NCBI GenBank assembly: GCA_013265495.1
Contig: MU063601.1
Coordinates: 5,179,941 to 5,243,940 of the forward strand
Direction: 5' to 3'
DNA from: Vicugna vicugna
Lineage: Eukaryota
Length of the DNA stretch: 64,000 nt
Made by a program: the position numbers and the translations under genes. This document shows, piece after piece, positions 23,736 to 36,065 of the stretch; positions within the stretch are counted from its first letter, which is position 1, and each line of letters begins with the position of its first letter. Below the pieces are notes generated by a model. The model ran no database searches. It had not been told where the DNA came from and saw only the letters and a program-made list of their open reading frames with translations.

Positions 23736-24139
23736 AAAGCCCAAACACAGTGCCCGGACGTGGTAACGCCGCAGCCAACGTGGCTATTACTGTTCTCCTC
23801 ACTTTAGTGCCCAGGGGACCACAGGCTCAGAGAGGTGCAGACCCTGGGCAAAAGTTACACAGCCAGTCAACGGCAAAGCCTATAGTGTGTCCTAACCACC
23901 ATGCTCACCCCAGCTCCCTCTCCATCCCCTAGAGTCTGGCCCTTTCCAAAAAAGGAAAAAAAAAAAACCTGTAATTTGAGAAGCCACTTGTCCTCCTCCT
24001 CCTTCACATCAGCAGAAGCCTTCCCCAGAGGCTGCCCAGGAGGGATGGCTTCAGAGCTGGATTCTCTGAGGTGAAAGCCCCCAGCCTCAAAGGCAGCAAC
24101 CCCCCAACCATATTACTGTTTTTCATGACCCTGTCTCAC

Positions 24140-24226
24140 TAATTATATATGTATATTTTAAGATGTAATATAATATCTATTATATGTAATATATCATAAA
24201 ATTTATATATATATACCCATATATAT
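24140..24226. repeat. AT-rich (TA)n low-complexity tract
   Basis: Directly visible. Confidence 0.8.
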
Positions 24227-25029
24227 GAAAGCAAGACGGAAGTCCTACTTTAATTAGCAGCATTTCTTTCTTTTCCTTTCACGGGGAACAATTGATGGTA
24301 TTTTTGATACGGTGAAACACAATGCCCTTCCCTCTCCTAGGAGGAGTCTTTAATCCTCTGGATTGTGAAATGGAGTAATTAGAACTATCTCCACTCACAA
24401 AAGAGGAAATTGAGGCTCAGGGAGGGACAAGAATGTCCCACCTTGGGTTCCAGGGCACTAGGCAAGAGATAGGTTTCACCTGGGTCCCTCTGGAGTGGAT
24501 ATGTGGAGGCCAGACTGGGAGAAATTATTAGCTTCTGGATGGACTGTCCTCCGTGCTAGTCACTGGACTGGGGCTCCCCTGAGACTTGGGATAAAGGGAA
24601 CAGACACCTCCTGGAGCCAAGGGAGGTGGCTGACAGTGTTGTCTGAGGCTAGTTTCTACTTAGGAAGGTGTCTGCCTGTGGGGAGGTAGGGGTGGGGCTG
24701 GTGGGTTTCCAGAGAGAGGGTCTGAGAGCCCAAGGGAAGGTAAGTCCTCAAGATGAAGGCATGGGCAGCCCTGTGACCATTGCTGAAAAGCCCTCCTGCA
24801 AGCGGCATCTGCCTGGAGACAGATGACAAACAGTCCTTAGCTCCCCCAGGCAGCCCCCAGGCGAACCAAGGAGGACAGCATGGCCATGGATGGGGCTCCG
24901 AGTTGTCACAAGCTTTGAATGTGAGAATTGGTATTTCACAGATGGGAAATGTGAGGCCCAGAGAGGGGAAGGGACTTGCCAAAGGCCCTGGAGAAGGGGT
25001 GATCAGGACTTGTTTTTTCAGTATAACAA

Positions 25030-25235
25030 CAGTGCCGGCTCGCATGGATGGAGCACCACCTATGTGCCAGGCCTGTGCTAAACACTTTATAAACTATTTT
25101 ATGAGGAGGTCACTATTATTACCCCCACTTTACAGATGAAATGGATGAGGCTCAGAGAGGTTTTAAGCAATTTTTCCCAAATCACAGCATGTGTTAGAAG
25201 AACTCAGGCAGTGGAACCGCAGACTCAAGCTCCTT
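25030..25235 (-). mobile_element. MIR SINE
   Basis: ctatgtgccaggcctgtgctaaacacttt...cccccactttacagatgaaatggatgaggctcagagagg. Confidence 0.75.
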
Positions 25236-25799
25236 CCACAACCAATGGCTCTCTTGGAAGGTTTTCCAGAGCATATACGTCGTCCACTGTCTGGCACACC
25301 TGGGGAATCCTGCCTCCTCCCCGGGCACCAGGACTCCCTAGAAATCAGACATGTCCTCTGAAGCTCTCTAGCAGGAGGGGAGACACGTGTGGGCACCTTG
25401 CTACCAGGAACACACTAGAAGTGCACTCCTAGACACCCTCCAGCAGCAGGAGGAGGGCACCCCACACAGGGTCATATTGACCCCATGGATCCCCTTCCAG
25501 GGGTGAAGAACACTGGCGGGAGGAGTGGCCCCCAGAAGCCAGGCTCTGCAGGCTCCAGGTTGTGTCCCTGTTTACCCAGTTCTGGGCAAAGGTAGGTCCA
25601 GACCCCCTGGCTTCCTCTCCTTGCTGCAGACAATCTGGCATGCTCTTAAATGAGAGAGCTGAGTGTTTGTCCACTGGTATGGGGAAGAAGGAGAGAAGAT
25701 GGTTGTCCACACACTCTGGGGAAAGGAGAGGGTATCTGCTGTCCCAGGTAGGGGAATGGGGCAGTAGGAGCTTCTCAACTGTAACTTTCAAAAATGGAG

Positions 25800-25872
25800 G
25801 GAGAGAGACAGAGGGGGAGAGGGAGGGACGGGGGAGGGGGAGAGGGAGAGAGACAGTGACAGAGAGAGAGCG
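25800..25872 (+). repeat. GA-rich polypurine tract
   Basis: gagagagacagagggggagagggagggacggggggagggggagagggagagagacagtgacagagagagag. Confidence 0.85.
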
Positions 25873-26029
25873 CCAGCCTCTAGTTCAATCAGTCTGGATG
25901 GGGACAAGGTAGGTAGGTTGGCCTTAGGTTGAAACTGGGAACGAGCTGGTCTGTTAGTCTGTGTGTCCTCCAAAACCCCGGTTCCCCGGAACGGGACAAG
26001 AAAGGACTGTTCATTTCTGCCAGGGAGAA

Positions 26030-27950
26030 CGGGCTGCAGGTCTGAGGGCGCAGGATCCCTTCGGTGTCCAAGATGCGAAGGCAGAGAGCGGCCGTCTATG
26101 GTGGATGGGGAAGGCAGCCTTCGGTTTACCACAAAGCCATCGGTTTGCCCGCGACATGGCCGCACAGATGGTGAGGAATCGGACGGGAGGTCTGTCCAGA
26201 AAGGGCAGTTTGTAGGAGGCGGCCCGCGACGCCTGAACACGGGACCGCAGCTGGCGCACATCTGTGCGCAGAGCCTGGCAAGGCAGCTCCGCGGCTGGCA
26301 GAGTGCAGGCGTCAACTAGCGGTGGATCTCGGAACTGCTCCGCCCCGGCGGCCCGGGCGACCCCCTCGCTGGGGACCTAAGCGTCAACAACCCAGGTCCC
26401 CTGGTTCCGGCGCCCACCGGCAGTGAACGCCTTTCCTAGGGCTGGAGCCGGGCCAGGTCCTGTGCCAAAACCCACAGGAGCCCTATTTTCAGGAAACCCG
26501 TTTGTAAACCTGCCTTAGGATGAGAGGGAAAAATCACGAGGAGAGACAAGTAAGGGCACGGACGCAAACCAAAACCACTCGACAAATCGAATTTACAAAC
26601 CCCAGACGCAGCGGGTCCTGGTCCCAAAGCCACATCAGGGCAGCACGGCGTCGCCCGCCCTCCCTGGCCCCAGGCCCTACCTGCCTACGACGAGGTGGGC
26701 CTTTAGGCGGGAAACTCCCAGAGGTCGGATGCGCCAAGGCCTGGGTTCCCCCACTCTCTTCTAGTTCTGCCGCTAGTGTCAGCACTCCCGAAATCGCGCG
26801 GCCCCGGGCCCTGGTGATCAGCAACTCCGACGTGTAGGCTCTCTAAAAAGGTCCAGTAAGGAACTCTAGCTGTCCCCGCTCTCTGAATGGCCTGAGGGAC
26901 TGACATGGAGCTCCTACAGAGGTAGGGACCAGCAATCCAGGTGGTTGAGGTTGAGCCAGAGCCCGTCCGCCCTGGAGTGCACGCGACGCTTGATTTCGTT
27001 TGGCAACGACGAAATGGCGCGCGCTGGGCCGGGGTCAGATCCAGGGAGGGATCTTGCAGCCACCATCGGATCCTATGCTTCTTTGCTCCTGAGTCTTGGA
27101 ACACGTCGTTTTGCACCTGTCGAGCGGCAGGAACAACGAATATCCAACCCGATCTCCAAAACCGCAGGGAGACTCAGCACGCATTCGTTCCCCTGACTCC
27201 AGGGAGCGCATCTGGGGCGATAATCCAGAGTAATTGGGGGCTTAATCTTTCCAGTTTCCCTCCCCGATGTAGCCTCTTCCTAGGCCCGCTCGCCCGGCCT
27301 AGGAGGCAGGAGACGAAGGGACTGTTTGTCTATTTGCCGTCGGGGAGTGTTTGGACCCAGGGCGGGAGAGCAGACAGTGCCTCGGCAGAGCTGACTGCGT
27401 CCCGGCGGCGCGGCCAGAGCGCACTGTCTGGGAAGACATAGGCGTGGACCCATGGGGGCCAGTTTGCATCCACATGGTGGTTGAAAATTTCCCTCCTTTG
27501 GAACACGGAGCCCTTATTTTGAGGCAATTCCCGCGTTCTCTGCACAATTTTCTTCTCCCCTACGGACTCGCGTCCTCTTCCACGACGCAGAAGCGTGGTT
27601 ACATTCGCGCAGAGGTAGGGGAAAATCGGGGAGAAACACTCGTGTTTTCCAAGCCCCATCATGTTTTTGAAACAGCCACAGGCCGCCACAACGAAGACCG
27701 AGTCAGCGAGGCCTGCGCGATCCTGGAAGTTGCTTTGAGGAGAGAACGGAGAAGAATGGGGTTGCTCGACCCCAAGCCGATACTGGCGCGTGGGAGACAC
27801 CCTTCCCTCTGTTGCCGGATTGGCACTGGGGCCACCGAGGCCCGGACTAAAGTCGTGCTGGGCTGGGAGCTGCAGAGGCCGCTGGCTCACGCGCAATCTC
27901 GTGTGCGATGGAGGAGGCTCCTGAGTCAAGATAATTTGTGGGGAGAGTAG
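26030..27950. promoter_or_regulatory. CpG-rich upstream extension of the P2 island
   Basis: CpG is frequent and largely undepleted throughout, with no recognisable repeats. Human RUNX3 P2 is known to sit in a multi-kb CpG island. Confidence 0.65.
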
Positions 27951-28617
27951 GGGAGCTGAGAAGCCTCTTTGGGGCAACTCCCCGCTCGATGTTACGGGCC
28001 TTGAGGCCCCGGCGGCCCCCAGCTGAGGGTGCAGGTTTCACAACCCGAAAGCAGCTGGGGCTGGGGAGGCCTGGCTGCGGGCGGCGGGGAAAGGCGACAA
28101 AGGGGAGCTGCAGCCCCGGCGTCAGGAGAAGGCGGCAAATGAGCCTTCTGTAGGGCCTGGACGTTTTCAACAAATTCTTAGCCCGGGCTCCGGCTCCCCA
28201 GAACTCTCGAGGAGCCTCGGGCTGTCGCGCTGGGGGCCCCCAGACCGCGGGCGTCCTTGGCAGGGCGGAGCCTTCCGCCCCTCCCTGTTGGGCGGCCTTC
28301 GGCGGTCCCCGTTCCTCCCCCGCGAGCGCTGCCGAGGTGCCCGCGATGGGGGCTCCGATTGGCTGAGCGACGCGTCGCTCGGGCCAGCCCCGCCCTCGAG
28401 GGCCCCCGGGTACTAACCCCGCGCGGGCGGCTGCGGCGCCGCCACTTGATTCTCGAGGATTTGTTCTGGGGCTGCGGCCGCGGAGTCGGTGGGGCGGCCG
28501 CGAGCGGGCTGCGGGGGCGGGAGGCGGTGGCTGCGCCACAGCCCGCGCGGGCCCCGCCGCAGCCGAGGCACCCGAGACCAAAGCAAAGGGCGGCCGCACG
28601 CGGGCCGTGCGCCCAGG

Positions 28618-28629
28618 ATGCGGGACTAG
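28618..28629 (+). promoter_or_regulatory. Minimal uORF (ATG CGG GAC TAG, M-R-D-stop) in the P2 5' UTR
   Basis: Only ATG in the visible leader 28440-28807; A at -3 (cccAggATGc). Confidence 0.75.
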
Positions 28630-28848
28630 CGGGCCGGCTGCGCGAGACCGTCGGGGCAGCGAGGCTTCGCAGCGGGCGGGCCCCGGCGGGGCGTCCCCGG
28701 GCGCCGCCCCCTGCGCCCTGAGGCCCCGGCCCGGCTGCTTCTGCTTTCCCGCTTCTCGCGGCAGCGGCGGCCGAGGAGGCGCCCGCGCCGGCCGCCCCCG
28801 GGGGAGCNNNNNNNNNNNNNNNNNNNNNNNNNNNNNNNNNNNNNNNNN

Positions 28849-29325
<477 letters not shown>

Positions 29326-30939
29326 TGACTTTTAGGAGATTTGCCCTCTCCACCCTTCGGGAGCCCTGCGGGGAGATGCTGATGCGGAAACGGGCAGATA
29401 GGGCTTCGCTCTTCCCCAACCCGGATCCCTCGGACACAGCCCTGCGGCAGCAGGGTAGAGGAGCCCCGGGACCAGGGCGAGGACAGTGGAGGTTGGTGCG
29501 GAGGGTGGAGGGGGCCTACTCTCCATTGCCAGCACCCTTCCTCCTGCACCGCTTCAGAAACACTTCCTACTTAACACTGTCAACCTCTGGCTTCTGAAAT
29601 TTTACTCTAAGGCCAAGATGGGGGCACTGAACCCTAAACGGCTGCGGCCAGGATCCCGAATGTCAAGCAGAAATTGGGGGTGCTCCCACCCCTGGCAGCC
29701 CCCAGTCATTCAGAGGAGCTTTTTCTCTTTACTGGGGAGTAGGCGACTGTTTCATTTTCATTTTTTTAAGGGGGCAGCGAGATGAAACGAAAACGCCTTG
29801 GTTTTCCCCTAAACCTCTCACAGCTGCCGTGAGAAAGGGCAAGGCAGGAAGGGCCAGCCGCTGGGGGCGGCGGGTGCCTGAGGTGGCTGGAAACAGCGGC
29901 TCCTGGCAGCTGAGGCCGTCCTTGGTCCCATTAAGACGACTCCAAATTGGAAAAAAGGATGAGTGGCTCTTTGAGGTCTCCCGGGTGACATCTTAAAATA
30001 CCAGTGGGGAAAATCTCCTCGGGAGGAGGGGGAGGGGGAGGCCCGTGTGACTTTAATCCTCAAATCGGAGGTTTTACTGTCACTTGGAGCTTAAAAGGAA
30101 TCTTTGAAATTAAAAGAAGACAGGATGTTGACAGGAAATCTGGCCTTTTTAATCAGACCCCAAACATTTTCTCCTTGAAATTTTTACCATCTGGATGCCT
30201 AGTCCCTGCACGCGGTGGCCACGTTTAAATGGCTGTGACTGCGTTTGCAGTCTGATTCCTTTTCAGAAGGCATCTGCCTCCCCTCGCTCCTTGGGGGAGA
30301 CTGTAGTAAGGGGGGATCTCCACCCTCATCCTACAATTCCCAGCAGGTGCATCCTCCTGCTATCAAAAGCCCCTCTCTCACTTTAAAGGGGTTTTCTGTA
30401 CAAGCCCTCTCCAAACACCAGTTTGTTTTGCATTTTGCATTTTTCCTGCATAACGAATTCAGGCTCTGCAGAGGCAGATAAACTGGGCCTGGGCCGCATT
30501 TCAGGGCCAAATTTCATACCCCAAAGGCCTCTCACATGAAGTGAATCTGGGGAGCAGTCCCACTATTATTGTTGTTGATATTATTTTTACTTAGTGACTT
30601 GGTTGCTAGGAGCATGTTGATTCCCCTTTTGCTTAAGCCAAAGGGAAGAGAGGAACTGCACCCCACAACGTAGTGCCTGGGCTCTTTCACCGCTTTCGAT
30701 TATATTTAATTTTATTGAAAGGATACATTTTTCAGGACGTGGCTTAACCCGTTAATTTGGATGTGGAAGGTAGAGATTTTGTCTTCTGGCTTTTGTTGTA
30801 TTGGGAGGGGGGCAGGTCTCTATTGTCTTTAAGCCTCTTCTCCACCTGGCTTTTGAGAAATCCGCAGTGCGCTTGGGAGTGAGGGGAGGTGCGGGCCCAG
30901 CCCTTCCCCTTCTTTCCCTGGCCTCCCCTCCCTCCCTAA

Positions 30940-31194
<255 letters not shown>

Positions 31195-32169
31195 TGAGAG
31201 CCAGGCCTTGGGTTCCCAGCGGCAGCCCCAGAAACAGGTCTTCAGGCCCAGCTATGTCTAAAACGGCGGTGTAGAGTCCCTTAGGGTGTTACAGACTCTT
31301 TTGAAGATGTGGGGAAAGTTAGGGTCTCTTGCCAGAAAAGACACAATTTTCTCCCAGTTTCTGGGGCTTCCAAGCCTCCCCCTCTTTCCCGATTGTGCCC
31401 TGGTCTCACAAAAGGTGCTGGGAGAAAATCGTGGATTAAGAAGCTCAAAATGGGGCCTCATCATTCTTTTTTGGCAGGATGCTTACAGGCTGGTTTAGAC
31501 AAATCCTTGGTCTTTGGGGCCCAAGCACCCCAGCCACTCTCCCCATGGGGGTGGTGTCTCTCCCACGCTTTGAGGCTGCCTCTCCCCAGCTGTGGTCTCC
31601 CCGAAGCCACAGTTTCGCCAGTCCTTTGAGCCTTAAGGTGGTTTAGAAAAGAAGCAAATACAGTGCAGGATGCTGAGTGTTGGAAAGCATAGCTTGAAGG
31701 CTGCCGTCTCCCACCCTAGAATCAAGGCTGGTGTGCCTCTCTGCCTGTCTGATCTTCATCGGGCAGTCTGAAGGAAGGCAGGACCAGACGCCACTATGGC
31801 TGCTGCCAGGGGATGTTGAGTGAGAGGCTGGTGGGACCTGAAACCCATCATCACTTCTGGGTGGAGAAGTCCTAGAAACCCTTCCCCGGGCGAAATGGAG
31901 ACTTGAGGGCTCGCTGGCCCTTTAAGACCAGCCGGCTGTAAAGTGGGGAGTGCCCTTCCCAAGCTCCAGCCTGCCCCTCCAGCTTGTTAAGAAAGTCAGC
32001 TAGGTTCCCCCTACTTCCAGTCTCAACAGAGGCTGAGGCAGAATTGTACTTTTCATCACCAATAAACAAGACCTTCTTAAGGTTTTAGTTCCCTCTGAGC
32101 CGCCAGTCCTGCTTGGAGACGGGCATCTGGGCACCATTTTTTCCTCTCCAGCCGTTCAATGTATACATA

Positions 32170-32325
32170 NNNNNNNNNNNNNNNNNNNNNNNNNNNNNNN
32201 NNNNNNNNNNNNNNNNNNNNNNNNNNNNNNNNNNNNNNNNNNNNNNNNNNNNNNNNNNNNNNNNNNNNNNNNNNNNNNNNNNNNNNNNNNNNNNNNNNNN
32301 NNNNNNNNNNNNNNNNNNNNNNNNN
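32170..32325. other. N-run, 156 nt (intronic)
   Basis: Directly visible. Confidence 0.99.
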
Positions 32326-33039
32326 TTTCTTTCAAACGTTGCCCTTAACTGGTTGCAGGTTGATGGATGGAAAATGTTTGCTTTTATGAATTAAGCTTTC
32401 ATTGCTGCTCCTAATTAGTCTCCAAGCTCCTTTTGTCATCCCCAATCTCTCAAGCCTTTTGCAACTTAATCCCAGCCCCAGCCCTGGGTAGAGAGTCTCT
32501 TGCCACTGGTCGGCGGCGGTGGCTCTTTCAGATGCAGCTGCACGGCTGGGTGGTGGCTGGGCTGCTGCCCCAGGTGGCAGTGGCGAGGGAGGCCAACTAT
32601 AGCTGCAGCATAAGGGGAGGTCAGTCCTGAGAGACAAGCAGAGCATCAGGAATGGGACACCCTACTCCCCTTCTTGGGAGCTGGACTATAGAAAGAGAAG
32701 AAATGACGATTCTCTGCGTTACTGAGACCTTGTCTGGTCATTCTGCTGCTGATTTCTTGGTGGTATTTATGCTCACAGACTTGCGCCCACCCTACGAGGC
32801 CCTCGGAGAGGGAGATAGGTTCCCAAAGCATTGTTTAGCAACAGTGTGCTCTTGGGGTGGGCATGGCTGAGGCTGGGATCGTGGCTCTGGGAGATACAGG
32901 AGACTGAGGTTATAAACCATCCTCCCAGCCTTTCTTTCACCTGACTCAGTGGCCCTGGGAGACAGAAGAAGCCTGAGTGGGAGTTCCAGTGCCTGTGGAA
33001 ATTGACCAGATTTTCAGACCTCAGAGGCTCATAGTATTA

Positions 33040-33250
33040 AACAGCCTGGGCTCTACAACCAGCCTACCTGGATTTCAGTCCCAGCTCTGCCAGGGACTTG
33101 CTGGATGACATTGGGCAAATGGCTTAACCTCTCTGTGCCTCGGTTTCCTCAGCTGTAAAATGGGGATGATAATGGTACCTACCTGGTGGGATTTTGTGAG
33201 GATTAAGGAAGCTGGTACAGTGTATCAGTTGGCACATACTGAGAGCTGGA
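33040..33250 (+). mobile_element. MIR SINE
   Basis: ggcttaacctctctgtgcctcggtttcctcagctgtaaaatggggatgataatggtacctacc. Confidence 0.85.
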
Positions 33251-35332
33251 TACATGTTAGAGATTTTGTTACTTCAAATGCCTGGGACTGGAGGAGATCT
33301 TTGAAGTCCCTTTGAGTGGTGACAGTCACTGATTCTCTGATTATCGTGCGGTTTGGGCGGGGGTGGGGGAAACCCAGAAGGTGTGAATTGTTGACTGGGA
33401 GAAGTGGAGGCGGCTGGCAGTGAGGAAGGAGGGCGCGGGGGTCCTGTGGCATGCAGCTGTGCATCAGCCGTGCCCATCCTGGCCGTGAGGAAATTCCCTC
33501 TGAGGACAAATCCTTGACTGACACAGACAGTTTGGGCTGCTCTAGGAGTCCGGATAGACTGGAGTTTGGGACTCAGAGCCTTTCCGTGGCTCTCTGACTT
33601 CTGCCAAGACTAAGAAGCCAGATGGAAACTTGCTTTTTATTTCTCAATCCTTTCTTAATTCTGAGAGCTTTCTATGCAAGACATACACACAATACCCCCA
33701 CGGAGCTCTCACGATAAGCCTGGAGGTGTAAACCGAGGCAAGAAAGGGAAAGAAACCAAGTTATTCTCCTGCAGTGATTAGGACCCGGGTCCCTGCCCTG
33801 CCCAACACAGCGCCCCGTCTTACAACAAATTTTTTGCAACTCGCACTCTACCATCGTACAGTTGAAATGTGTAGATAACGTAATCTACCCATCTACATGC
33901 ATCTTCAAAACCTGTATAATTCCATAGCTATAATGGAGAGAAAAAGGAAAAGTAACTTATAGTGATATCTCTGTTTGAATATGCAAACGTTGGAGTGAGA
34001 TGACAGACGGACGCTGTGAGGTGGATGGATGCTTGCACCCCAACCCTAGCCCCGTGACCCCCACAGCAGGCCAGGGGTGCATGACTCAGAGTCTGAACGC
34101 GGCGCTGCCATCAGTGACATGATTTTCTGAAATTGTGAGCAATTCTTGGCCAAATTCTGAGCGAAATTAAAAACAAAAACAAAAAAACTGTCTTCCTTCC
34201 TTGAAAATTCAGTAGATGTTAAAAGTGCACAAAAACTTTTGTCTTGTTTTATGTAAAAGTGAGTTAGGCTTATGGCTCAAAGATTCCTTATAAGCAAGTT
34301 TTTCACACTCAGGAAGAATGAATAGTTCATTGCCCTGTACGGTGCTAGACACTTGCATCCCCTTCCTGCCCCCCACATCCCACTTCTTGAGAACCATGTA
34401 CCACAAATCCCCAAAATGCCCTCTAGGAGGGGCCGTGGGCTCAAGTGAAGATGAAAAGTCAGGAGTGTGGCTTCCTAAACTGTCACTAACTGGTTAGAAA
34501 GAAACTAATGTGTGGAGAGAGATTTGGGATGAGATGTGTGCATGTGGGCTTAGGGGACCGCTGGTGGGAGAGGGGTAGATTGCTTCTTAGCCTATATTGA
34601 AAAAACCCAGAAGTCTCCAGAGATGCCCTCTCCTGCTATCCACCAAGTCCCAGTGGTTGGGGCTTGTCACAAGGAACCCAGGCCTAAAGGGACTGGGACT
34701 TGCTCAAGGCCGTACTGCCAGACCTGCAGGAATGCCTGGGGCGGCTCACAGCCCCCACACGCAGCTACTGCCAGACTAAGACATCCCCCTCTGCCACCAG
34801 GGCCGGCCCTGGGAGCACCTTGATTTGCAATTCGTTGACTCCTGGCTGGTTGCAAGTTTGCCCTAGGTTCTTGCACAGAGCTGTCCACCTCCTTTGTCTT
34901 CTCAGATGTCTGCTCTAAGAGAGGGGAGAGACGGGTGGATGAGCTGTTTGGCCGCTGGTAGAGAGAGAGGTGATGGGCACTCAGGGTGACATCTTTCCCC
35001 TACCCCTGGTTCATGGGGCCCCTGCCTCCTGTGGCACCTTACACCTGCCCCTCCCTCCGTTTCATGCTTCCAGGCCCCAGCCCCTCCCTTCCTCCCTCCT
35101 CCCTCCCTCCTCTCTGTGGGTACCTGTGAGGGGTGGTGTCAGGCCTGGAAACTGGGAGGAAGCTGTTGAGGTGGGCTGGTGACCTCAGGGCTGGCCTGTG
35201 GTTTGCTGCCTGGTGGGGTGGGGGCTTCTCACTTCCCAGGACTAGGTGCTTAGGGTCTGTGTGGGAGGCCAGCTCCAGGACATTCTAACCTTTCTGGCCC
35301 CTGCCTGGATACTATGTAACCTAGTCAACTTA

Positions 35333-35487
35333 NNNNNNNNNNNNNNNNNNNNNNNNNNNNNNNNNNNNNNNNNNNNNNNNNNNNNNNNNNNNNNNNNNNN
35401 NNNNNNNNNNNNNNNNNNNNNNNNNNNNNNNNNNNNNNNNNNNNNNNNNNNNNNNNNNNNNNNNNNNNNNNNNNNNNNNNNNNNNNN
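35333..35487. other. N-run, 155 nt (intronic, at L2 edge)
   Basis: Directly visible. Confidence 0.99.
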
Positions 35488-35619
35488 CCCTGGGGAGTTT
35501 ATAGTCTAGTGGAGGGAGACAATAAGATAAGTAAATAGACGGATTATTAGAAGTAAGAAGCATTAGGAGGAAATTCTAGCAGATCAAGTGGGAGTGGGAA
35601 GGTCTGTGATGCTTCAGAG

Positions 35620-36065
35620 TGAGTCTTAACCTTTTATCACCCCGCAGACTCCTTTGACAGTCTCAGAATGGTGTTTTTAAAGAATGAAATGAAATACAAA
35701 GGATGACAATGAACATTGATTATATTAAAACGTAGTTAGCAAGATGTTTTTAAAAATTGTGGTGAATATACTGCCTTGTTGGGGTGTTAAATAACAAGAT
35801 CTAGCAAAGGGCTTGATGACGACCATAATTTTGAAGGTGTGACGAACATCAAAGATATTTAAAGAAACATGCAACGTCTGTAATGTGATACGTAAATATC
35901 TGTGACGTCTTCTGGTGACAAGGTCACAGGGACTGCTGTAATGCCTCTATGGTTTGTTGCTTACGTTCATACTGGAGAGAGATGTTAAATTTCGGCTAGA
36001 GGTTGGGGCAATACCATTGCCTTTTTTTTTTTTTTTCCTATCCCAGTTCTTGGACTGGCTCGATT
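35620..36065. mobile_element. MER119-like hAT-Charlie element within an L2
   Basis: cttaaccttt...aaataacaagatctagc...tgtaatgtgata...ggtgacaaggtcacagg...ctagaggttg motifs. Confidence 0.65.

Noticed and set aside
27330-27977. Opposite-strand 199-aa and 215-aa ORFs upstream of P2
   Set aside because: Stop-poor CpG-rich sequence, at least one non-ATG start, no homology or splice support.
1-28400. RUNX3 P1 exon (MASNSIF... N-terminus)
   Set aside because: No matching sequence found by eye. In human, P1 is roughly 35 kb upstream of P2, which would place it before base 1.
33780-34400. Possible hAT-Tip100 DNA transposon remnant
   Set aside because: Looks repeat-like, but I could not assign a family or boundaries with confidence.
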